From Treponema sp. (GTDB lineage: Bacteria; Spirochaetota; Spirochaetia; Treponematales; Breznakiellaceae): a DNA stretch of 25,082 bases. The stretch spans positions 1 through 25,082 of the forward strand of contig JAITON010000035.1 in the NCBI GenBank assembly GCA_031289935.1, in the 5' to 3' direction. Of this stretch, positions 7,243 to 14,768 are shown piece by piece (positions within the stretch are counted from its first letter, which is position 1; the number at the start of each line of letters is the position of its first letter). The translations under genes were made by a program, and so were the position numbers. The notes below the pieces were generated by a model. The model was not told the origin of the DNA and made no database searches. It saw only the letters and a program-made list of their open reading frames with translations.

Positions 7243-8664
7243 TCAGCGCCTGTAAAGCTGGTCGTGCGCGGCGAGCCGGGTACGGATTTCTGCGGCCAGA
7301 TAGAAGGAGCCCGTGCCCAGTACCGGGAGCCCCCGCTGCCGGCCCGCTTCCAGAGCCGTGTCAATGGCCCTTCCGGTGCCGGGAATCAGGCTCAGTTCCG
7401 GTTTGGCGCTCCCCGGCGGCAGCCGGTCCAGGGCGGCCTGGAAGAGCCGGCAAGTTTCCTCGGGGAAGCTCGTCTTAAAGCTCCCCGGCTTCGTGATGAT
7501 AATCCGGGAAAAGCGGGGGCAGAGTATCTCCGCCATGCCGCCAGAGTCCTTCCCCGCCGCGCAGCCGAAAAGGAGGATCCCCCCTTCCCCGTAGAGGCGG
7601 CTAAAGGTATCCAGAGAAAGGGCCGCGCTCCGGGGTGTGTGGGCCCCGTCGATGATAACCGGGGGATCTTCCCGGACCCGCTCGAACCGCGCCGGGAGCC
7701 TGGAGTTCCACAGCCCCTCCCGGATAGCGCGCTCCTCTATACCGGGGAAGGCGGCTCTTACTGCCAGGATCGCGGCGGCGGCGTTCATCCCCTGAATCTC
7801 CCCGGGAACAGGCAGCGAAAGGGCCCGGAGCGGGGGGGCCAGGCCCGAGGGAGGATCGGGCTTAAAAGAGAGGGAGCAGCGGCTGCCCTCCTTATCAACC
7901 GAGATATCTTCTATAACAACCCTCTCGGGGAGGTAGAGGAGGGGCGCGCCCTTGGCTCTGGCCCCGGCGCGGAACACCTCCAGGGCCTCGGGCTCCTGCT
8001 CCATAAGGATCAGGGGCCTCCCCGGTTTGATGATCCCGGCCTTTTCCTCCGCGATGGCGGCGAGGGTATCCCCCAGGTACTCGGTATGCTCAAGCTCAAT
8101 CGACGTGATGACCGAGACCCGGGGATCGAGAATATTGGTGGCATCGAGCCGGCCTCCCATGCCGGTCTCCACCGCCAGGGCGCCCGTACGGGCAAGACGG
8201 CAGCAGATGAAGAAGTAGAGGGTCAAAAGCTCGAAGAACGAGGGGGCTTCGCCGCCGGGATGCCGGGGGTCGAAGAGGGGATGGCGGCCCCCTTCGAGCG
8301 CTTGTACGTATCCCTGGAGCTCCCCGCCTGCGGCCTCGTAGAGGGCTTCCTCAAAAAAAGAGTTTCCCCGGGTAATCCGCTCCCGGTACTCCGTAACATG
8401 AGGGGAGGTATAGCGGCCCGGCTCAAGCCCGGCGGCTTCCAGGATGCCGGCAATCATGGCCGTTACCGAGCCCTTGCCCTTGGAACCTGCCACGTGAATG
8501 GCCGGGGCGCAACGTTCCGGCCGGCAAGCCAATTCGGCGAGGATTTCCATACGGTCCAGGCGGAAGCTTCGGGAACTCTGGCCCCGCTCCAGGCTGATAA
8601 AGCCCGCAAGCCAGCGGAAGACCTCGTTGGAGCTTCTAAAGGGAAGGTGTTTCACGTCAATCAT
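7243..8664 (-). CDS. folC: Bifunctional folylpolyglutamate synthase / dihydrofolate synthase
   Basis: IHVAGSKGKGSV, GRYTSPHV..YRERI, FFELLT, VETGMGGRLDATN, ITSIELEHTEYLG.TL..IA.EKAGIIKP, IIDGAHT. Confidence 0.95.
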   Translation of the reverse strand: MIDVKHLPFRSSNEVFRWLAGFISLERGQSSRSFRLDRMEILAELACRPERCAPAIHVAGSKGKGSVTAMIAGILEAAGLEPGRYTSPHVTEYRERITRGNSFFEEALYEAAGGELQGYVQALEGGRHPLFDPRHPGGEAPSFFELLTLYFFICCRLARTGALAVETGMGGRLDATNILDPRVSVITSIELEHTEYLGDTLAAIAEEKAGIIKPGRPLILMEQEPEALEVFRAGARAKGAPLLYLPERVVIEDISVDKEGSRCSLSFKPDPPSGLAPPLRALSLPVPGEIQGMNAAAAILAVRAAFPGIEERAIREGLWNSRLPARFERVREDPPVIIDGAHTPRSAALSLDTFSRLYGEGGILLFGCAAGKDSGGMAEILCPRFSRIIITKPGSFKTSFPEETCRLFQAALDRLPPGSAKPELSLIPGTGRAIDTALEAGRQRGLPVLGTGSFYLAAEIRTRLAAHDQLYRR

Positions 8665-8693
8665 CCAGCGCTAGATTCCCCCCTTTCCAGGGC

Positions 8694-8722
8694 TTGTGTC
8701 AATGGGTTTGCGGCGTTACCAT
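8694..8722 (+). promoter_or_regulatory. Possible sigma70 promoter of murC
   Basis: TTGTGT (8694-8699), 17 bp, TACCAT (8717-8722), ending 6 nt before the murC ATG. A perfect TTGACA on the minus strand (8702-8697) faces folC but has no good -10. Confidence 0.35.
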
Positions 8723-8728
8723 GGGAGT

Positions 8729-10186
8729 ATGAAACCGGTAATCTACATGGTGGGTATCAAGGGGACGGGCATGTGCGCTCTGGCGGAACTGCTCCATAAT
8801 ACGGGGGCCGAGGTCCGGGGCTCGGACCGGCCCGAAACCTTTTATACCGACCTCATCCTCCAGGACCTGGGCATCCCCTACTATGAGTCCTTCGAGGCCG
8901 CCCATATTGATGAGCGGGCCGAACAGGTGATTTATTCGGCGGCCTATTCCCCCGGCGCTAACCCGGAGCTCCTGGAGGCCCGGCGCCGGGGCATCCCGCT
9001 GATCAAGTACAGCGATGCCCTGGGGGAATACTCGGCCCGTTTCGACTCGTCGGGCATAGCCGGGGTCCACGGCAAGACCACCACCACGGCCCTTACGGGG
9101 ATGCTGCTCCGGGGGGCAGGTCTTCCCGCCCAGGTTTTGGCGGGCAGCGCCGTGGGCAGTTTTAGTGGCTCTGAGGGCGGGCGCTCTACCCTCTGTCTGG
9201 GGGACAAGTACTTTGTGGCCGAAACCTGCGAGTACCGGCGGCACTTCCTGGCCTTCCATCCCCGGCGCATCGTTCTGACCAGCGTGGAAAGCGATCATCA
9301 GGATTACTACCCCGGTTATGCTGATATTCAGGCCGCCTTCCTGGAATATATCGCCAAACTGCCCCAGGGCGGGGAGCTTATCTACTGTGCCGATGACGCG
9401 GGGGCCCGGGAAACTGCGGCCCGGGCCCTAGGGGATAGACCGGATATCCGGGCCGTCCCCTATGGATTCAGCGCCGGAGGGCCCTTCCAGATTACCGGTT
9501 TCCGGGCCGGGGCCGGGGGGCTGGTCTTCGGTCTGGCAGGGCTGGACGGGGAATGGCATCTTAGGATCCCCGGCCGGCACAGCGCTCTGAACGCCGCCGC
9601 CGCCCTGGCCCTGACCGATTCCCTGGTGCGGGCGGAATTCGGCCTCTGGTCCACGGAGCGGCTCGAAAAGGCCCGGACCGCTCTGGGGGAGTTTCGGGGG
9701 AGCAAACGCCGCTCGGAGATCCTTGGCGAATCAGGGGGCGTTCTCTTTATGGACGATTACGGCCACCATCCCACGGCCATCAGGACCACCCTGGCAGGGC
9801 TTCGGGACTTCTATCCCGGCCGCAGGATCGTTCTTTCCTTTATGTCCCACACCTACTCCCGCACTGCCGCCTTGCTGGACGAGTTTGCCGCTTCCTTTGA
9901 GAGCGCCGATGTGGTCTTCTTTCACAAGATTTACGCCTCCGCCAGGGAGGGTTATACCGGGGGCGTTACGGGCCGGACCCTTTACGAACGGGCCAGAGCA
10001 CAAACCCGGCCTGAAAGGCAGGAACATATCCACTATACCGAAGAATGGGCCGATGCCGCCGGGCCTCTGGAGCAGATCTTACGGGCCGGGGACCTCTTTA
10101 TCACCCTGGGGGCCGGGGACAACTGGAAGCTGGGTAAGATGCTGATGGATCGTTACCACCCCCGTCCAGAGGAAGCCCTCCTATGA
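8729..10186 (+). CDS. murC: UDP-N-acetylmuramate--L-alanine ligase
   Basis: YMVGIKGTGMCALA, VRGSD, IYSAAY, IAGVHGKTTTT, FVAETCEY, IPGRHSALNA, DDYGHHPTAI, HTYSRT, LGAGD. Start moved to ATG 8729 (MKPVIY). Confidence 0.95.
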   Translation: MKPVIYMVGIKGTGMCALAELLHNTGAEVRGSDRPETFYTDLILQDLGIPYYESFEAAHIDERAEQVIYSAAYSPGANPELLEARRRGIPLIKYSDALGEYSARFDSSGIAGVHGKTTTTALTGMLLRGAGLPAQVLAGSAVGSFSGSEGGRSTLCLGDKYFVAETCEYRRHFLAFHPRRIVLTSVESDHQDYYPGYADIQAAFLEYIAKLPQGGELIYCADDAGARETAARALGDRPDIRAVPYGFSAGGPFQITGFRAGAGGLVFGLAGLDGEWHLRIPGRHSALNAAAALALTDSLVRAEFGLWSTERLEKARTALGEFRGSKRRSEILGESGGVLFMDDYGHHPTAIRTTLAGLRDFYPGRRIVLSFMSHTYSRTAALLDEFAASFESADVVFFHKIYASAREGYTGGVTGRTLYERARAQTRPERQEHIHYTEEWADAAGPLEQILRAGDLFITLGAGDNWKLGKMLMDRYHPRPEEALL

Positions 10187-11061
10187 AAAGTATGACCGGC
10201 TATGCCGTTGCGGCCCGGCAGGACGAGGGACTCTCCCTTTCGGTGGAACTCCGGGGCTATAACAGCCGCTTCCTCGACATTGTCATGAATCTGCCGCCCT
10301 TCCTGGCTCCCTTTGAGGGGCGTATTCGGGAATATCTGGCGGGCCGCTTCCGCCGGGGGAAGATTGAGCTCAGCCTGAAGTGTAAGGAGTACTACGCAGG
10401 TTTCCCGGTAAGGCTGAACCGGGAGGCGGTCCGGGCCTACGCCGGTGCCATCGGCCTTTTGGCCGCCGAACTGGGGTCCAGCGAGAAGCCCCCGCTCCCG
10501 GTCATCCTGGGCCTGGAAGGGGTGCTGGAGATCGGGCAAGAGCAGACCGGGGAGCAGCGATGGGACCGCATCGAACCGGCCCTTTGGGCGGTCCTTGGGG
10601 AAGCGGCGGACCAGTTTGAGACCGAGCGGCTCCGGGAGGGGAGCCATACCGAGGCGGCGATCCTGGGCCTGCTTGCCGGGATGGAAGACCAGGCCCGGTG
10701 TATTGAGAAACGGGCCCCTGAGATGGAAGCCGTCTTTCAGGAGAACCTCCGCCGCCGTTTCGCCGAGCTTTTGGGGGAGGCCGTAGACGAGGGCCGTGTC
10801 CTCCAGGAAACCGCCGTTCTCCTGGTGAAGTACAGCATCGCCGAAGAGATTTTCCGGCTCAAGGCCCACTTCCAGGAATTCCGGATCGAGACTGAGCGGG
10901 CTCCCAGCCCTGGTAGAAAGCTCGACTTCCTCTGTCAGGAGATCAACCGGGAAATCAATACTATCGGTTCCAAGGTCCCGGACCTGGAAGTAAGCCGCGC
11001 CGTGGTAGCCATGAAGGACGCTCTGGAGGATATCCGGGAGCAGCTCCGGAATGTGGAGTGA
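10183..11061 (+). CDS. yicC: YicC/YloC-family endoribonuclease
   Basis: MKSMTGYA...SVELRGYNSRFLDI...RRGKIEL...R.REG...K.SIAEEI.RL..H...GRKLDFLCQEINREINTIGSK...EDIREQLRNVE. Confidence 0.95.
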   Translation: MKSMTGYAVAARQDEGLSLSVELRGYNSRFLDIVMNLPPFLAPFEGRIREYLAGRFRRGKIELSLKCKEYYAGFPVRLNREAVRAYAGAIGLLAAELGSSEKPPLPVILGLEGVLEIGQEQTGEQRWDRIEPALWAVLGEAADQFETERLREGSHTEAAILGLLAGMEDQARCIEKRAPEMEAVFQENLRRRFAELLGEAVDEGRVLQETAVLLVKYSIAEEIFRLKAHFQEFRIETERAPSPGRKLDFLCQEINREINTIGSKVPDLEVSRAVVAMKDALEDIREQLRNVE

Positions 11062-11084
11062 AGTATTTCGCAACTATTTTTCAA

Positions 11085-11141
11085 AAACTGGGTCTAAACT
11101 AGGTCTAAAGGCTTGACAAGGTTACCGGCTCCTTGTATTCT
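11085..11141 (+). promoter_or_regulatory. Sigma70 promoter of the MMPL operon, preceded by an 11-bp direct repeat
   Basis: AAACTGGGTCT-AAACTAGGTCT-AAA (11085-11109), then TTGACA (11113-11118), 17 bp, TATTCT (11136-11141). Confidence 0.7.
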
Positions 11142-11179
11142 TGCACTTGAACCGGATTTAAGAGAAGGGGCGTGGGCGG

Positions 11180-13864
11180 GTGCGTAAATTGTTTAAATAT
11201 CCTTGGCTTATCGTGGGGCTCATCGCCCTCATCACGGTATTTTTTGCCCTCCAGCTTGGCCGGGCCCAGTTGGACAACAACAATTTCCGCTTTGTGCCTG
11301 CCGATGATCCTGCCCTGCTGACCTCACGGTATATTGATGAGACCTTTGGTAGTTCTCTGTTTATCCTGGTGGGGCTGGAACGGAAGTACGGCACGGTGTT
11401 TGACGGGCCCTTCCTGAAACGCATGGGGGAATACGTTGACCTAATTGGTGATATCCCGGTGGTGGGCACTGTAACTTCCCTAATCAACACCGAATATATC
11501 ACTTCCCGGGATGGTGCGGTGGTGGTAGAAAAACTGCTGGATGAAAATTTCTCCGGGACCTCCGCCGAGATCGCCGAGCTTAAACGGCGAATTTTTTCCT
11601 GGGATATGTACGAACGGGCCCTGGTCTCCGATGATTTTACCGCCACACAAATACTGGTACCCCTGAATATCAGCATGGAAAAGGCCGGAAGTCCCGAAAT
11701 AACCCGCGAGTTTGAGAAAATCCGGGACACGGCCCAGGAAATGTTTGCAGGGCTGGCCAATGTCCATGTGGCGGGTATGCCAGTGATCAGCGCCACAGTG
11801 AACGAGGCCACGGGGGCGGACCTTATTTTATTGGTGCCCCTGGTTGTTATTGTGGTCCTGGGGGTACTCTTCTTCTCCTTCCGCCGCTTTACCGCCGTGG
11901 CGCTTCCCCTGATAACCGTCGTGGTGGCCACAGTCTGGTCCATGGGCGCCATGCCGCTTTTCGGCGTAAAGCTTTCTATTATATCTACGGTGCTGCCGGT
12001 GATTCTGGTAGCCGTAGGGAGCGCCTACGGTATTCATGTGGTAACCCACTATGTTTCCGAGCGGGGCCATGGCCTCATGACCGCCGAAGCCCACAGGGAA
12101 CTGGTCTTTAGCCTGGTACGGAAGATAGGCCGGCCCGTGTTCCTGGCTGCCCTGACCACCTTTGTAGGTTTCTTTTCCTGTTGCTTTACCACGGTGCTCC
12201 CCATTCGGGAATTCGGCATCTTCTCCAGTTTCGGCGTCATTGCATCCTTTGCCGTGGCCCTGACCCTGATTCCAGCGCTGCTTCTGATCCGTGGGCCAAA
12301 ACCCCTGAGCGGCCAATCGCGCAGTAATGCTGCTCAGAACCTTCCCCCGGCGGAGAGCCGGTTGAGCAATGTTACGGTGCATATCTTTACCGCCCTAGTT
12401 GAGCGGAAGATGCTGGTCCTCTTTATCGTAGCCATGGTAGCGGCCCTTTCGATATACGGCATGACCAAGGTTATCATCGACAATGTCATGGTGGAATACT
12501 TCAAAGAGGACACGGCTGTTTATAGATCCGATGTCTTTATTCGGGAGCAATTCGGCGGTTCCAAACTCGTGAATGTGGTGATGGAGGCCGAGACACCGGA
12601 AATCCTCCTCCACCCCGATTCTCTGGCTGCTATGGACGGGCTGGGGACTTATCTTACCGCCAATGTTCCCGAGACCGGCAAGGTGATGGGATTTACCTCC
12701 CTGATTAAGCGGATAAACCAGGTTTTTAACGCCGATGAAAGCCCCGAGGGTATTCCTCCCCTGGCGCCGTCCACTGGAGCGCTGGAAGGAGCTGTTTTTG
12801 AGGAGTTCCCAGAGGATACCGTCTCCGAGGCCGGTGATTTTTCCTGGGACTTTGGATTTGACGAATGGGGTTCGGACGATAGCTTTGCTTCAAGTGATAG
12901 TTTTACTATTGATGAATACGATTATTACGGCATTGACGATGCGGAAGCGCCGGTCATGACAGCGGCGGAGCTTATGGACCTCCTGGACCGGGCTGCCTCG
13001 GAAGGGAGCTTCCTAAACGGCTCAGAGCTGGTCAGGGAGCTCAAGCGGCTCACGAACTACGAAGGGGCGGCCTATTACGAAATCCCTAGTGACCCGGCAA
13101 AGTACGGCCGGGAAAGCCCCGAGGAACTTCAGCGGTTGATCTCCAATTATATGGTCCTCCTTTCGGGCAATATCAGCGATTATGCCAACGATCCGATAGC
13201 CCCCACGGCCATTAAGACTACGGTCCAGCTCCGTACCGTGGGAGAATACGACAGCGATCGTGCCCTCAAGGAAATAGACGAATATATTGCCGCCAACTTC
13301 CCCGGCAATGTCAAAACCACCGTGGGCGGTGCTGCCCTGGTAGAGTTTTCCCTGAACGCTCTGGTGGTCCAGTCCCAGCTTATCTCCCTGGTTATATCGA
13401 TTGTTATGGTGTTCATCATCGTGGCTCTATCGAATAGATCCCTGGCAGCGGGCCTCATCGGGATTGTACCCCTGACGATTTCAATACTTATCAACTTTGG
13501 CGTCATGGGTTTCTTGGGTATCAAGCTCAACCTGGGAACCGCCATGGTCGCCAGTGTTTCTATAGGCATTGGTATTGACTACACGATCCATTATCTGGAA
13601 GCCTTCCTGCAGGAGTACCGGGCCTCGGGCGGGAAGGGGGACTACCTCCGCAGAACCTTTGCCACCTCGGGCAAGGCCATCATCATCAATGCCCTTTCGG
13701 TGGGTGCGGGTTTTGCGGTGCTCCGCTTTTCTCAGTTTAACATGCTCGCCGATCTGGGCCTCCTGATTGCCCTGACCATGGGAACCAGCGCCCTCTTGAG
13801 CCTCACCGTAATTCCGGTGCTCCTCACGGTATGCAAGCCTAAATTTATCGCCAGGGGAGTGTAG
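11180..13864 (+). CDS. MMPL / RND-superfamily inner-membrane transporter
   Basis: Two repeats of (1 TM, large periplasmic domain, 5 TM); DETFG..LFILVGL, VAGMPVI, IREFGIFSSFG, EYFKEDT..YRSD.FIREQFGGS, IGIGIDYTIHY, TSGKAIIINA. GTG start with a purine-rich SD. Confidence 0.93.
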   Translation: MRKLFKYPWLIVGLIALITVFFALQLGRAQLDNNNFRFVPADDPALLTSRYIDETFGSSLFILVGLERKYGTVFDGPFLKRMGEYVDLIGDIPVVGTVTSLINTEYITSRDGAVVVEKLLDENFSGTSAEIAELKRRIFSWDMYERALVSDDFTATQILVPLNISMEKAGSPEITREFEKIRDTAQEMFAGLANVHVAGMPVISATVNEATGADLILLVPLVVIVVLGVLFFSFRRFTAVALPLITVVVATVWSMGAMPLFGVKLSIISTVLPVILVAVGSAYGIHVVTHYVSERGHGLMTAEAHRELVFSLVRKIGRPVFLAALTTFVGFFSCCFTTVLPIREFGIFSSFGVIASFAVALTLIPALLLIRGPKPLSGQSRSNAAQNLPPAESRLSNVTVHIFTALVERKMLVLFIVAMVAALSIYGMTKVIIDNVMVEYFKEDTAVYRSDVFIREQFGGSKLVNVVMEAETPEILLHPDSLAAMDGLGTYLTANVPETGKVMGFTSLIKRINQVFNADESPEGIPPLAPSTGALEGAVFEEFPEDTVSEAGDFSWDFGFDEWGSDDSFASSDSFTIDEYDYYGIDDAEAPVMTAAELMDLLDRAASEGSFLNGSELVRELKRLTNYEGAAYYEIPSDPAKYGRESPEELQRLISNYMVLLSGNISDYANDPIAPTAIKTTVQLRTVGEYDSDRALKEIDEYIAANFPGNVKTTVGGAALVEFSLNALVVQSQLISLVISIVMVFIIVALSNRSLAAGLIGIVPLTISILINFGVMGFLGIKLNLGTAMVASVSIGIGIDYTIHYLEAFLQEYRASGGKGDYLRRTFATSGKAIIINALSVGAGFAVLRFSQFNMLADLGLLIALTMGTSALLSLTVIPVLLTVCKPKFIARGV

Positions 13865-13955
13865 CCGTGTTGCGGTCCCCGGCCTTGATCTTTATTCAGA
13901 GGAAGTTCTTCGAAAACTGAAGTTTCCGAATAAGTCTTATGTGAGGAGTAGATGT

Positions 13956-14768
13956 ATGAAAAGAATGGCGTTAGTAAGCCTGCTGTTGGCCTTGCCGGTC
14001 CTGGCTTTTTCCCAAAACGCGGCGGATATTGTGTCCGCCTCCCGAAACCGGATACCTTCGGGGGCCATAAGCACGGTTTCCAAGATGGTAATTACCGATG
14101 CTAATGGCAGAACTACTACCCGGTATATGTACCAGTTTACCAAGGACTTCCCCAACGGGAGCAGGACCGTGGTCGCCTTCCCCGAAAGCAGCAACGGAAG
14201 AAGACTGAACGATAGCAGCATTGCCAATACCCGCTTCCTTACCATCGCAAATTCTGGCGGGGGTACCAGCCAGCGGATATTCCTCCCCGAGACCCGGAAG
14301 GTAACTCCCATTTCCAGCTCCGACGGGTCCAAACCCTTCCTGGGTACCGACTTCTCGAGCGATGATATGTCCTCCCTTAACCGTGCCGCGAACCTGGATA
14401 CCCACAGCCTGCTTCGGGAGGAACAGTTTTCGGGCCCCTTTACCGGCGGGACCCGGGCCTGTTATGTTATCGAGTCAAAGCCCAAGGATAGTTCCTTCCA
14501 GTATTCCCGGATGGTCCAGTGGATCGATAAGGAGACGCTGATCATCTACCGGATTGAACTCTACGATCAAAAAAACGTCCTTACCAAGCTTGTGGAAATG
14601 GGCAACGTCAAGGAATTCCAGGGGAGGCTCACCCCTACCATGACCAAGGGAACCACCGTGGGTAAAGGGACCAGTACCACGATCGAAATACAAACCATAA
14701 GCTACGATGCCAGTATTCCAGACGGTGTATTTACCGACTACTATCTCCTAAACGGAAGGTCCCAGTAA
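13956..14768 (+). CDS. Periplasmic LolA-like ('outer membrane lipoprotein-sorting') protein
   Basis: SPase I-type signal MKRMALVSLLLALPVLAFS; motifs TRFL, IFLPE.RKV..IS, FLGTDFSSDDM, CYVIESKPK, YSRMVQWIDK, RIELYD. GAGGAG SD 7 nt upstream of ATG 13956. Confidence 0.85.
   Translation: MKRMALVSLLLALPVLAFSQNAADIVSASRNRIPSGAISTVSKMVITDANGRTTTRYMYQFTKDFPNGSRTVVAFPESSNGRRLNDSSIANTRFLTIANSGGGTSQRIFLPETRKVTPISSSDGSKPFLGTDFSSDDMSSLNRAANLDTHSLLREEQFSGPFTGGTRACYVIESKPKDSSFQYSRMVQWIDKETLIIYRIELYDQKNVLTKLVEMGNVKEFQGRLTPTMTKGTTVGKGTSTTIEIQTISYDASIPDGVFTDYYLLNGRSQ

Noticed and set aside
7159-8799. 546-aa plus-strand ORF
   Set aside because: Antisense shadow of folC in GC-rich DNA; no recognisable domain, and its N-terminus is just the translated repeat.
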